Shown: positions 29,162 to 39,388, counted from the first letter of the stretch. The stretch is DNA of 64,000 bases from Ignavibacteriota bacterium (GCA_963801355.1 CAWDEM010000008.1:672001-736000), one strand, 5' to 3'. Translations and numbers: made by a program. The notes: generated by a model not told the origin, from the sequence alone.

Positions 29162-30895
29162 CTACTTCATCAGCACGAACGTGCGCGTCTGGTCGTAACT
29201 TTGCCCTGATGCTGCCGCAGGATCATTTGTGTGCAGCCGGTAGAAGTACGTTCCCGATGAGAGCGTGTATCCAACTCCCCCGAATGCAGTGCCCGCTCTG
29301 GCGGAAAGCTGCACTTCGTGGTACCCTGCGTCCTTTTCCTCATCGACCAGGGTTGCCGCGTGCTGGCCGAGCGTGTTGTAGACTGTGAGCTTTACGTGCG
29401 CACGTCTCGGCAGGGCGTAACGGATGGTGGTGCTCGGGTTGAAGGGGTTGGGATAGTTCTGATACAGTGAAAAGTCCGTTGCCACTCCCTCTCCGCGGGA
29501 GGAAGTAACATCACCGACCGAAACCCTTATCGGCTCATGATATGCCGTCGTACCATCAAGATCTACCTGCTTGAGCCTGTAGTACCATACACCTGCCCCC
29601 ACCCCCGTGTCAGTGAAGCCATAGTCATGCGGTTCGATGGTCGTACCGTGTCCGGCGACAAAGCTCCCGGGAAGTGCTGTGAATGTCACAGGCTGATCCG
29701 GAGCCCGCTCAACCTCAAAACCGTAGTTGTTGGTTTCGCTGAGCGTTCGCCAGTAAAGCTGCACGCGGTCAATTCCTGTTGCCAGGCCGGTGAACTGTGC
29801 AAGCTGCACGGGGACTGGTTCGGTGGGCGCGACCTCCACATCACCGAATGTGGCATCTACGTAATGTGACAGGAGCAGCAGGGAACCGCGTGCCGCCTTT
29901 TTTGCCTGGTCCAGGTATATGAGATCCCATACGGCCGGTTCCGGCGTGCCCTGATGCCAGACACGGAGCGAATAGAGGTCCCCATTAGCCTGTGTCCGGA
30001 CCTGCATCTTGTAGAGCATCGTCTGACCAAGGGGGATCGTCCCCCCGCTCGTATCGTGGACATCCGTCCAGATCTCCAGACGTTCGCCCCCGTTCTGTGC
30101 AGTATTGAACGCATACATACCCAGAGCGCCTGATGGATAGTATCCGGTCTTCGGCTGCCATCCGGCAAACGGATCGTCGGTGTGGCCGATCCATCTGAGA
30201 AAAATGCCAACTGCAGGTTGGCCGCTTGTCGGATTGTATCCCGCAGGATTGATGCTGTGCATGGTAATCGGAACGGTCACCTGGTAGTCCGTCCACGTGG
30301 TGTCTCCGATCGCGATCAGACGATCGTAGCCCAGGTCTACGTTGCGGACGCCGCCGCTTTCGAGAAACCACTGTCCATCGACGACTTGCGCAGAGGCCAT
30401 GATATCTGGTGATGAGCTCCATGAGACTGTGCAGGGAATCGGCCAGTGTGTGCCTGATTGATACCTCACGACCACAGTATCCTTCGTGAAGTTCCCCTGC
30501 GACGCGGCAGTCACCACAACTCTGTTGGAATCCGGGAGCGGACTGAGTTGGGACCACGAGAGGTCAATATTGAAGTCCCCGTTGTTGAAGAGGCGTCGCG
30601 TATCCGGTCCGAGTCTGAGCTTCCGGGATGGACCACCATTCAGTGAGTACGTGAGTGAATCGATCCCGCTCGGGTTGTTCACATTGCCCAGGACATTTGC
30701 CCAGCGCTGGGGGACACCTACCGTACGAAACGTCAGCCGCTTACCATAGAAAAACGTGAAGGTTGTCTGTGCGGTGACAGAATGCCCGGGAGATGTGGAG
30801 ACCTCTTGCGCGTTTCCCGGGTGAGCCGGTGGCATGACCAACAAGAAAACCACCGAAAACAGGGTTGTTCTATTGAGTTTCGTGACGAGCCCCAC
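29162..30895 (-). CDS. T9SS type A sorting domain-containing secreted protein
   Basis: PVQLAQF...W.T.SETNNYGFEVER...YYRLKQVDLDG module, then NYPNPFNPSTTIRY CTD. GTG start uncertain. Confidence 0.88.
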   Translation of the reverse strand: MGLVTKLNRTTLFSVVFLLVMPPAHPGNAQEVSTSPGHSVTAQTTFTFFYGKRLTFRTVGVPQRWANVLGNVNNPSGIDSLTYSLNGGPSRKLRLGPDTRRLFNNGDFNIDLSWSQLSPLPDSNRVVVTAASQGNFTKDTVVVRYQSGTHWPIPCTVSWSSSPDIMASAQVVDGQWFLESGGVRNVDLGYDRLIAIGDTTWTDYQVTVPITMHSINPAGYNPTSGQPAVGIFLRWIGHTDDPFAGWQPKTGYYPSGALGMYAFNTAQNGGERLEIWTDVHDTSGGTIPLGQTMLYKMQVRTQANGDLYSLRVWHQGTPEPAVWDLIYLDQAKKAARGSLLLLSHYVDATFGDVEVAPTEPVPVQLAQFTGLATGIDRVQLYWRTLSETNNYGFEVERAPDQPVTFTALPGSFVAGHGTTIEPHDYGFTDTGVGAGVWYYRLKQVDLDGTTAYHEPIRVSVGDVTSSRGEGVATDFSLYQNYPNPFNPSTTIRYALPRRAHVKLTVYNTLGQHAATLVDEEKDAGYHEVQLSARAGTAFGGVGYTLSSGTYFYRLHTNDPAAASGQSYDQTRTFVLMK

Positions 30896-30960
30896 TCAAG
30901 TGTGAAACAGAATGTCACTGTAATGACGCCGTCCTTAATGAGGGAATTCGCCTGATCTTA

Positions 30961-31079
30961 TGCAAGCGCATCTCCTGCAAGCATCTCGTGCAAGTGATTA
31001 CTGCAGTGTCTCCTGCAAGTGTGTCTCCTGCAAGTGTGTCTCCTGCGATTGTGTCTCGTGCAAGTGTGTCGTACAAGTG
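30961..31079. repeat. About 8 degenerate copies of a 13-15 bp unit (TGCAAGTGTGTCTCC)
   Basis: ...tgcaagtgtgtctcc tgcaagtgtgtctcc tgcgattgtgtctcg tgcaagtgtgtcg tacaagtg; no unique spacers. Confidence 0.9.
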
Positions 31080-31089
31080 AAACCGGGCG

Positions 31090-31118
31090 TTGACTCTCCC
31101 CTTATCCTGCCGTATCTT
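31090..31118 (+). promoter_or_regulatory. Putative sigma70 promoter for the kinase pair
   Basis: TTGACT-N17-TATCTT. Confidence 0.6.
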
Positions 31119-31140
31119 TCCCCCAGACCAGAGGCCCGCG

Positions 31141-34125
31141 ATGATCGGCAAGACCATCTCTCATTACACGATTCTGGGCAAGCTTGGCGAAGGGGGGATG
31201 GGCGTTGTGTACAAAGCCGAAGACGCCCATCTGAAGCGCACAATCGCCCTGAAATTCCTTCCACCCGAACTCACGTCTGATGACGAGGCTAAAAAACGCT
31301 TCATCCATGAAGCGCAAGCCGCCTCGGCACTCCAGCACAACAACATCTGCGTGATCCATGACATCGACGAGACTCCGGACGGCCAGCTGTTCATTTGCAT
31401 GGAGTACTACGATGGGGAGACCCTCGACAGGAAGATCGGGCGTTCGCCCCTCACAATCGAAGAGGCCGTCAACACTGCCATTCACATAGCTAGTGGTCTT
31501 GGTAAGGCCCATGAGCACGGGATAATCCACCGTGACATCAAGCCCGCTAATATCATGGTCACCGGTGACAGCGGTGCAAAGATCCTCGACTTCGGTCTTG
31601 CAAAACTCTCCGGCCGGTCGAAGCTGACCAGATCCGGGACAACGCTGGGAACGTTGGCATACATGTCACCCGAACAGACCAGGGGCGAGGAGATCGACCG
31701 CAGATCCGATATCTGGTCGCTGGGCGTGATCCTCTATGAGATGGTTGTCGGAACCCCACCGTTCAAGGGGGACTATGAAAATGTTGTCGCCTACGAGATT
31801 GCCAATACGGCGCCAGTGCCCGTGACCTCTCTCCGCACCGGGGTGCCGATGGACCTCGAGCGTATCATCGACAAAGCTCTGACAAAGTCGGCGGATGAGC
31901 GCTATCAGCACATAGACGAAATGCTTGTTGACCTGAAGCGGCTCAGCAAGGAATCGAAGGATTCTTCTGTTATCAGCCAGCACCCTGCCCCGGCGGCCCC
32001 GAGAAAACCGATACGGAAGAAGATACTTCTCCCAGCAGCTCTGCTCGTTGTGTTCGTCGGGGCGTTCTTCCTGGCGAAGCCGCTCCTGTTCGATGATATC
32101 CTCATTTCAGAGCCCAAACCCATTGCGGTCATTGCGTTTGTCAATCAGACCGGGGACCAGTCTTACGACTACCTCCGCGAGGCCATACCGAACCTGCTCA
32201 TCACAAGCCTCGAACAGTCGAAATTCCTAAGGGTGATGACGTGGGAGCGGATGAATGATGTCTTGAAGCAGATGGGAAAGACCGGAACTGGTCTCATAGA
32301 CAAAGAACTGGGATTCGCACTCTGCGAACGTGAGGGGGTTCATGCGATCGTCATCGGTTCTTTTATCAAGGCAGGAGAGACCTTTGCCACCGACGTAAAG
32401 GTGCTTGACGTCGGCACCAAGGAACTCATGAAAACGGCCAGTGCTCGTGGTGAGGGAGTGCAGAGCATACTCGATGTGCAGATCGACCAGCTCAGCAAGG
32501 ACATCGCCCGGGGGGTCGGCCTGTCGCAGCGGAAGGTCGAGTTGGCGCCGTCGCAGATTGCCGAGGTGACGACATCCTCCATGGATGCCTACAACCTTTT
32601 CCTGCGTGGAAGAGACGAACACGAGAAGCTCCACTATGTTGACGCCCGAAGACTCTTTGAGAAGGCCGTAGCCCTGGATTCGAATTTCGCTCTGGCGTAT
32701 CACTACCTTTCCAGGGCTTGTGGCGCGCTGATCGATGTCCCTGGCAGTAGAATGGCCATTGAGAAGGCGAAAGCACTCTCCGCAAGAGCCCCGGAAAAAG
32801 AACGCCTCGCCATCGAAGCCCGGTACGCCACGGTAATCGAGAGGAATCCCCTGCAGCGCCTGGCCCTTCTCGAGGAGATGGTAAGGAAATACCCACAGGA
32901 AAAGCGATTCCACGACGAACTCGCTCAGACCTACCAGGCCAGGGGCATGGTTCACGAAGCTCAGATGCAATATGAATCGGCGATCCAGCTGGACCCGGAC
33001 TTTGCTTCCCCCACGAATGGCCTTGCGTACATTTACGCGGCACAGGGGCACTACGAAAAGGCGGTCGAAGCGTTACAGCGGTATGCGACGCTCTCGCCCG
33101 GGGACGCGAACCCATTCGATTCGATGGGCGAGATTTATCTCCAGATGGGAAACCTTGATGAATCCATCGCCAGGTACCGCGAGGCGTTGCGCGTGGAACC
33201 CTCTTTCTACGCTGCCTACAGAAGTCTGGCTTACGTCTATGCGCTGAAAGAAGAGTACACCGAGTGCCTCCTGCTGGTGGACAGCGTGATCAGCGCGGCA
33301 CCGACAACTGCTCTCAAGGCGGAGGCAATGCTGTGGAAAATTTCTTATCTCAATAGTGTGGGCGGATACCGGGAATCGTCGCGTGAAATTGACCGGGTGG
33401 CCGGATTGATTCCTCGATTGGGGGGCCGCACTCTAAGCGCCCCCTTGCACTTCGTAAATGGTGTGAACTCCCTGAAGCGCGGAGACGTAGGCAAAGCACG
33501 AAAGGAATTCGCGGCATTCCACAGCGTCTACAGTGAGAACAGTCCTCGCACTCCCGTCTGCAACATGGCCCTCTGGGATTTCTTTCAAGGCGTTGTCTTT
33601 CTTCATGAGGGGAACAACGACTCAGCCCGGGCGCACATTGGGGAGCTGCGATCACAGCTTAATTCTCTTGAGTCTCTTAAAGGTACGATCAGGATGATGG
33701 CCGGGATTCTCGAGGGAGAGCTGTTGCTCGCAGAGGGCAAGCCTGACAGCGCCATTCGCGTGTATCGCGAGACCCCTGTTGAAGGCCCCTCCATGGGTGT
33801 TGGCTGGCGGATGCCCCTCTACAATGTTCCGGCAATAAGAGACGTTGTGCCGCGTGCGTTCCAGATGAAAGGGCAACTCGACAGCGCTATTGTTGAATAC
33901 GAACGGCTGCTCCGGATTGACCGGAGCACCAAAGACAGGCGCCTGATCCAACCGCTCTATCATTATCGCCTGGCGCGGATCTGCGAGCAGAAGGGAAAAG
34001 TTGAGCAAGCCGTTGCGGAATACAGAAGATTCCTTGATCTGTGGAAGGACGCGGATAAAGGTCTGCCGGAAGTGACCGATGCGCAAAACAGACTCCGGGA
34101 TTTGATGCGCCGGAACCGCAGATAA
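31141..34125 (+). CDS. Hanks-type Ser/Thr kinase with TM helix, TolB-like alpha/beta domain and TPR repeats
   Basis: GEGGMG, ALK, HRDIKPAN, DFG, YMSPE; TM ILLPAALLVVFVGAFFLA; IAVIAF; many TPR-like helices. Confidence 0.93.
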   Translation: MIGKTISHYTILGKLGEGGMGVVYKAEDAHLKRTIALKFLPPELTSDDEAKKRFIHEAQAASALQHNNICVIHDIDETPDGQLFICMEYYDGETLDRKIGRSPLTIEEAVNTAIHIASGLGKAHEHGIIHRDIKPANIMVTGDSGAKILDFGLAKLSGRSKLTRSGTTLGTLAYMSPEQTRGEEIDRRSDIWSLGVILYEMVVGTPPFKGDYENVVAYEIANTAPVPVTSLRTGVPMDLERIIDKALTKSADERYQHIDEMLVDLKRLSKESKDSSVISQHPAPAAPRKPIRKKILLPAALLVVFVGAFFLAKPLLFDDILISEPKPIAVIAFVNQTGDQSYDYLREAIPNLLITSLEQSKFLRVMTWERMNDVLKQMGKTGTGLIDKELGFALCEREGVHAIVIGSFIKAGETFATDVKVLDVGTKELMKTASARGEGVQSILDVQIDQLSKDIARGVGLSQRKVELAPSQIAEVTTSSMDAYNLFLRGRDEHEKLHYVDARRLFEKAVALDSNFALAYHYLSRACGALIDVPGSRMAIEKAKALSARAPEKERLAIEARYATVIERNPLQRLALLEEMVRKYPQEKRFHDELAQTYQARGMVHEAQMQYESAIQLDPDFASPTNGLAYIYAAQGHYEKAVEALQRYATLSPGDANPFDSMGEIYLQMGNLDESIARYREALRVEPSFYAAYRSLAYVYALKEEYTECLLLVDSVISAAPTTALKAEAMLWKISYLNSVGGYRESSREIDRVAGLIPRLGGRTLSAPLHFVNGVNSLKRGDVGKARKEFAAFHSVYSENSPRTPVCNMALWDFFQGVVFLHEGNNDSARAHIGELRSQLNSLESLKGTIRMMAGILEGELLLAEGKPDSAIRVYRETPVEGPSMGVGWRMPLYNVPAIRDVVPRAFQMKGQLDSAIVEYERLLRIDRSTKDRRLIQPLYHYRLARICEQKGKVEQAVAEYRRFLDLWKDADKGLPEVTDAQNRLRDLMRRNRR

Positions 34126-34171
34126 AAAACACTTCAACTTCTCAAGTGACGCTACCTCGCGAATCAGGGTA

Positions 34172-36409
34172 ATGATCGGCTCCAGAGTCTCCCACTACGA
34201 AATACTTGATCACCTCGGCGGTGGCGGGATGGGCGTTGTGTACAGGGCCCGGGATCTCGCACTCGATCGCACCGTCGCTTTGAAATTCCTCCCTCCCGAA
34301 CTCACGCGCGACCGCGAAGCTAAGCAGCGGTTCATCCATGAAGCGAAGAGCGCTTCGGCGCTTGACCATCCGAACATCTGTACCATCCACGAGCTGGGAG
34401 AAACCGGGGAAGGACAGGTGTTCATTGCAATGGCCTGCTACGGGGGCCAGACCCTGCGGAAGAGGCTGGAGCGAGGTCCGCTCGAACTCGATCACGCGGT
34501 GGCTCTGGCCATGCAGATCGCCTCCGGGCTGTCAGCAGCCCACGAGGGTGGGATAATTCACCGGGACGTCAAGCCGGCGAATATCATCATTACGGACGAT
34601 GGCACGATCAAGATCATCGACTTCGGCCTGGCGAAGCTCCTGGGTCATGCTTCGCTGACGAAGGCTGGTTCAACGCTGGGCACTGCGGCATACATGTCTC
34701 CCGAACAGGCTCGCGGGGAAGAGGTCGACGCCCGTACGGACGTCTGGTCTCTGGGAGTCGTGATCTACGAGATGCTGGCAGGCAAGCTCCCCTTCTCCGC
34801 AGAACACGAGCAGGCAATCCTCTACAGGATCCTGAATGAAGATCCTGAACCGCTGACAGCATACCGCCAGGACATACCTGTAATGCTTGCGAGAGTGATT
34901 GAGCGAGCGATGCAGAAGGATACGGTCGCGCGGTACGCTTCAGCAGCCGAGCTGCTTCATGACCTCAACCTCTCCCGGAGCGGCGAAGGCACTCACCCTC
35001 CAGCTCCGGACACGTTTGCGTCGATCGCGGTTCTGCCGTTCGAAGACTTGAGCCCTGAACATGACCAGGAATTCTTCTGCGACGGCGTTGCTGAGGAACT
35101 CATCAATGCGCTGACGTGTGTAAGAGGTCTTCGTGTTATTGCACGAGCATCCTCGTTTTCGTTCAAGGGTCAGCGGAAGGATATACGGGAGATCGGAGGG
35201 AAACTTGGCGTCGGCGCTCTCCTCGCCGGGAGTGTCCGGAAGGCCGGCCGCCGCCTTCGGATCACGGCCCAGCTGACAACAGTCCAGGACGGCTCAAACC
35301 TCTGGTCGGAGAGGTATGACCGGGAGCTCGAAGACATTTTTGCCATTCAAGATGAGGTATGTATTTCGATTCTTGAACACCTCAAAGTGACGCTCATGCA
35401 CGGCGAGCGATCCAACCTGGCGAAACGCCGTGCGAGCGACCAAGAGGCATACAACCTGTACCTCAAGGGACGATTCTTGTTCAATCAGCGGAAGCACGAA
35501 AGCGTTGCGAAGAGTGTCGAGTACTACACTCAGGCTATCGCCAGGGATCCTGCCTTCGCCCTTGCCTACGCCGGACTGGCGGAGTCGTCCGAGGCCCTCG
35601 GAAGCTGGCGCGATATCCCTATGGAGAACGCATTCGACGAGGCTCGAAAGGCAAGCCAGGCCGCACTCCGGTTTGACGATACTCTGCCGGAAGCACACGT
35701 AGCGGCCGGCCTTGTCAATCTTTTCTGTAACTGGGACTGGGCAGCGGCCGAAAGTGAATTCCAACGCGCCCTTGCGTTGAACCCTGGCTGTGCCGAGGCA
35801 CATCATATGCGTGCCCATTACCTGGAACTGATCGGGAAGTTCGACTCGGCCCTTGTGGAAATCAATCAGGCCCTCTCATTAGAACCTGTTGTCCCGGGTC
35901 TCGGTTCGTGTGCCGCACAAATTCTCTTCCACGCCCGCCGGTACGATGAGTCAATCAGGCAATCGTATGCGACCCTGGAAATGGCTCCCGCGTTCTCCGG
36001 GCTTTATGGTTGGATAGGGCCCGCATTCGTGAAGAGCGGACGGCTTGACTCGGGACTGGCAGCACTCAAAGAAGGACTCCGGTTGCTCCCGGAGGATCCC
36101 CGGCTTCTTGCCTTGTATGGATACACCTGTGCTGTTTCACGGAATGTCCAAGAGGCGGAAACGTGCCTGTCCAAATTGAACGAACTCTCCGAAGTGAAGT
36201 ACGTGGATCCCTACTACAAAGCGTGGCTCGTGGAGGCGCTTGGAGACCGAACCGCCGCTTGCGACCTGTTGGACAGAGCTTACCGTGAGCATTCGGGCTG
36301 GTTGCCATGGATGGCAGTTGACCCGCTTCTTGAGGGCTTGCTTACCGACCCCCGGGTAATCATACTTCTGGAACGTCTCGGACTCAACTTTGCCCCATTT
36401 GACGTTTGA
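34172..36409 (+). CDS. Hanks-type Ser/Thr kinase with TolB-like domain and TPR repeats (no TM)
   Basis: GGGGMG, HRDVKPAN, DFG, YMSPE; SIAVLPF...GSVR...WSERYDR; TPRs. Confidence 0.93.
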   Translation: MIGSRVSHYEILDHLGGGGMGVVYRARDLALDRTVALKFLPPELTRDREAKQRFIHEAKSASALDHPNICTIHELGETGEGQVFIAMACYGGQTLRKRLERGPLELDHAVALAMQIASGLSAAHEGGIIHRDVKPANIIITDDGTIKIIDFGLAKLLGHASLTKAGSTLGTAAYMSPEQARGEEVDARTDVWSLGVVIYEMLAGKLPFSAEHEQAILYRILNEDPEPLTAYRQDIPVMLARVIERAMQKDTVARYASAAELLHDLNLSRSGEGTHPPAPDTFASIAVLPFEDLSPEHDQEFFCDGVAEELINALTCVRGLRVIARASSFSFKGQRKDIREIGGKLGVGALLAGSVRKAGRRLRITAQLTTVQDGSNLWSERYDRELEDIFAIQDEVCISILEHLKVTLMHGERSNLAKRRASDQEAYNLYLKGRFLFNQRKHESVAKSVEYYTQAIARDPAFALAYAGLAESSEALGSWRDIPMENAFDEARKASQAALRFDDTLPEAHVAAGLVNLFCNWDWAAAESEFQRALALNPGCAEAHHMRAHYLELIGKFDSALVEINQALSLEPVVPGLGSCAAQILFHARRYDESIRQSYATLEMAPAFSGLYGWIGPAFVKSGRLDSGLAALKEGLRLLPEDPRLLALYGYTCAVSRNVQEAETCLSKLNELSEVKYVDPYYKAWLVEALGDRTAACDLLDRAYREHSGWLPWMAVDPLLEGLLTDPRVIILLERLGLNFAPFDV

Positions 36410-36424
36410 TCCAGATGCGAACAA

Positions 36425-36916
36425 TCAGCGTCCGTCGTATGCCCGCTTCAATTCTCCCAGATCGAGCTTTTTCATTTGAAGCATCGCCTGCATCACCCTC
36501 TGTGACTTCTGAGGATCCTTGTCAGCCAGCATCTGAGTCATGGCGATCGGAACGATCTGCCATGAAAGCCCGTACTTATCTTTTAGCCAGCCGCATTGCT
36601 GAGCGTTCTTGTCGCCGCCTTCGGAGAGTTTCTTCCAGTAATGATCTACTTCTTCCTGGGACTCGCAATTGACCACAAAGGATACCGCTTCCGTGAATTT
36701 GAACACCGGCCCGCCGTTTAGTGCCGAGAACTTCTGGCCTTCCAGCTCGAAATCCACAACCATGACCGATCCGGCCGGCCTGCCGGAAGCCTTCGCACTC
36801 GCTTCATCATACCGGACAATTCTGCCGATCTTCGAATTCTTAAAGATCGAGGCGTAGTACCTCACAGCCTCTTCGGCCTGCGTGTTGAACCACAAGAATG
36901 GAGCGATCTTTTGCAT
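36425..36916 (-). CDS. VOC/PhnB-like protein (3-demethylubiquinone-9 3-methyltransferase family)
   Basis: MQKIAPFLWF, ALNGGP, CGWLKDKYGLSWQIVP. Confidence 0.92.
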   Translation of the reverse strand: MQKIAPFLWFNTQAEEAVRYYASIFKNSKIGRIVRYDEASAKASGRPAGSVMVVDFELEGQKFSALNGGPVFKFTEAVSFVVNCESQEEVDHYWKKLSEGGDKNAQQCGWLKDKYGLSWQIVPIAMTQMLADKDPQKSQRVMQAMLQMKKLDLGELKRAYDGR

Positions 36917-37064
36917 GTTGCTCTCCACAATTACTTCTGCTGTGGATATGTGTAGTTCACCATCCACTGAATTCCAAATCTGTCTGTCAGCATGCCGTTC
37001 GTTGCACATGCCTTCTCTTGCTTGGGCGCGTCACGCCGGAAATAGGGGCAGGACGGTCCCCAGC

Positions 37065-37505
37065 TTATGGACTCTTGTGTTTTGCCACCTCCGCCGAGAC
37101 CAGGGAGCTCTCTGCGACTTCCTGGACGTCAGCAGGAAAATCCGATACTTCGAACACCTGTCTAACCTCGATCGCGTCGCCGTCATGTGCAGGACAGCGT
37201 CTGGCCCACTGGATCGCCTCTTCTTTTGAATTCACCTGTATCATCCAGTAGCCGCCGAGCACCTCGTTCGTTTCAGTCAAAGGTCCGTCAGTAACGGTTG
37301 TCTTCCCCCTAGAAAACGAGATCCGTGCACCCTTTCCGATAGGGTGCAGGCCATCAAGTGTAATCAACGCACCGGCCTTCGCAAGGTCCTCGTTGTATTT
37401 CATCATCTCTGCGACGTCTGCGGCGCTCGGAGCAAAGTCAACTGCCACATTCTTGCCTTCCGCATTCTGGTAGATGCGTGGGATCATCAGCATCATGAAT
37501 CGCAT
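37065..37505 (-). CDS. YciI/DGPF family protein
   Basis: MRFMML, VTDGP.TET.EVLGGYW, EVRQVF; GGAGG RBS. Confidence 0.9.
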   Translation of the reverse strand: MRFMMLMIPRIYQNAEGKNVAVDFAPSAADVAEMMKYNEDLAKAGALITLDGLHPIGKGARISFSRGKTTVTDGPLTETNEVLGGYWMIQVNSKEEAIQWARRCPAHDGDAIEVRQVFEVSDFPADVQEVAESSLVSAEVAKHKSP

Positions 37506-37651
37506 GGTTATGCCTCCTCTTTGATATGTGTAACAACGGTTTTCGGAAAAAAGCTCCCGCGCACCCCCTGGGCAGTTCCTTATTCAGAAGATCTTGAAAT
37601 TCAGTACATTGGAATAGAAGGAGTTTCAGATCCCTCGCAAAGACGGAGAAA

Positions 37652-38146
37652 ATGAGCGTGAGCACACCGAACTCGATGGACGATACCACGAAGTACCTCC
37701 GTACAGCCACTGCGGATGACCTGCCCACAATCATTCGACACCGTCGTCAGATGTATACCGACATGGGCTTCAGAGATGCGGCATCTCTCGATGCGATGGA
37801 GGCGACGTCAGCGCCATGGATCAAAGCCGGCCTGGAGAACGGTACGTACCGGGGCTGGCTCATTGAAACCCCCGACGGCGTAGTCGCAGGCGGAGGAGTG
37901 GTCGTACACGAATACCCCTCCTCACCACGAGATTCAGGCACACGCCGTGCATACATCCTCAACATGTACACCGAGCCGCAATATCGAAAGCGCGGACTGG
38001 CGAGGTTGATTCTGGAGGTTATGATCAATTGGTGCAGGGAACAGGGATTCGGCTGGGTGTCGTTGCACGCCAGCGACGAGGGGCGCCATCTCTACGAGAG
38101 CCTGGGTTTCGAACCGACAAACGAATTGCGTCTTATGCTGAAGTGA
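37652..38146 (+). CDS. GNAT family N-acetyltransferase
   Basis: YILNMYTEPQYRKRGLA, LHAS..G..LYESLGF. Confidence 0.9.
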   Translation: MSVSTPNSMDDTTKYLRTATADDLPTIIRHRRQMYTDMGFRDAASLDAMEATSAPWIKAGLENGTYRGWLIETPDGVVAGGGVVVHEYPSSPRDSGTRRAYILNMYTEPQYRKRGLARLILEVMINWCREQGFGWVSLHASDEGRHLYESLGFEPTNELRLMLK

Positions 38147-38173
38147 AGAAAAATTCTTCCCCTGTCCGGGATC

Positions 38174-39388
38174 CTACCTTTCAATCGCCCGCTGCAAGAC
38201 AATCGTGGTCACCTCCGCGGGAGCATGATAGCGGACCGGTGCAAGGGTGAGCCCTACACCATTGGTGACCACGATCGCCGTCGACCCCAGGTTGTAGGCC
38301 CCGCTGTAGAATTGCGTCTCACGCATGCTCGGTGTCAACGGAAAGCCGAGCGGGTGAAGGACAATCTGGCCGCCGTGTGTGTGGCCTGCGATGACGATGT
38401 TGTATCCCCTTTCCGCCGCGCGACTGATGATCCGCTCGGCCGGCTGATGGACCAGGAGGATCTTGGTGTCCGCATCCGGAGCGCTCTCCAGGATACGTTC
38501 GAGATTTGTTTCGTCCAGTCTCCGGCTGTAAATGTGCGTGAGTCCTGTTATCAGGACTCGCTTGCCCTTCCATTCCAGGATCCGGTGTTCGTTTTCCAAA
38601 AACACCCACCCGCATCTCATCTGAAAAGAGCGGATCGCCTCAGGAGAAGCCCAGAAATCGTGATCCCCCATCACCGCAATCGATGCCAGGGATCCCTTCA
38701 TCCCGCACATCGCCTCTTCTGCTTTGCGGAGGTAGTCGGTTCCTCCTGTGACAACGTCTCCGGAAGAAAGCAACAATACAGGGTTGTGTTCTCGGACGAT
38801 CCGGTGCACCTGAGCGATCTTGGAGTCACCGGTGTATCTGTCCACCTGGATGTCGCTCACTACCGAGATGCGGAAATCCTGGAATTCTCTTGGGAGGCCT
38901 TCCAGCTGCACACTCACCGTGTTGTCCCGTACGTGTGTTGTGTCGAGCAGAACACGAATCGGGACATACATAACCACGGCCGCCAGCAGTGCGAGTCGTG
39001 CATACGCAAGGACCACGCGCAACCGCTCAGGTCGCGCAGTGACACGCCGGGCAACAAAGCCCACGGCCTCAAGAAGAAGAAATGGAGCAATGAGCTCCAG
39101 GACAACGATCAAGCTGATCCACTGGGGATACAAAAACAGGTAATCGACTGTCGTTCCGGCATTCGTTAACTCCAACCGGTTTGCAGAGTGTCCAAGGAAA
39201 TACAAGGTCAGAACAAGAACAGGAAAGCAGTAGAGCCAGGCAATCAGAAGGAGTACGATCCTTCTGGCGGACCTCTTCGACTCGGGACGCAGGACTCCGA
39301 TCGCAGTGGCGGATCGGAGTCCAATATAGACATAGAGTGGCAACGCAATTGCGCTAATAGTCAGAACCGTCCGAATGGCCCATGGCAT
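38174..39388 (-). CDS. Membrane-anchored metallophosphoesterase (YkuE-like)
   Basis: N-terminal TM helices; SDIQ, SGD, GDHD, HQP, GHTHGGQ. Confidence 0.9.
   Translation of the reverse strand: MPWAIRTVLTISAIALPLYVYIGLRSATAIGVLRPESKRSARRIVLLLIAWLYCFPVLVLTLYFLGHSANRLELTNAGTTVDYLFLYPQWISLIVVLELIAPFLLLEAVGFVARRVTARPERLRVVLAYARLALLAAVVMYVPIRVLLDTTHVRDNTVSVQLEGLPREFQDFRISVVSDIQVDRYTGDSKIAQVHRIVREHNPVLLLSSGDVVTGGTDYLRKAEEAMCGMKGSLASIAVMGDHDFWASPEAIRSFQMRCGWVFLENEHRILEWKGKRVLITGLTHIYSRRLDETNLERILESAPDADTKILLVHQPAERIISRAAERGYNIVIAGHTHGGQIVLHPLGFPLTPSMRETQFYSGAYNLGSTAIVVTNGVGLTLAPVRYHAPAEVTTIVLQRAIER

Noticed and set aside
30961-31079. CRISPR array
   Set aside because: Units are only 13-15 bp and contiguous, with no spacers and no cas genes.
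30960-31280. Cys-rich ORF (CKCVSCKCVSCDC) resembling a metallothionein
   Set aside because: A by-product of the 15-bp repeat; it has no RBS and overlaps the kinase promoter and CDS.
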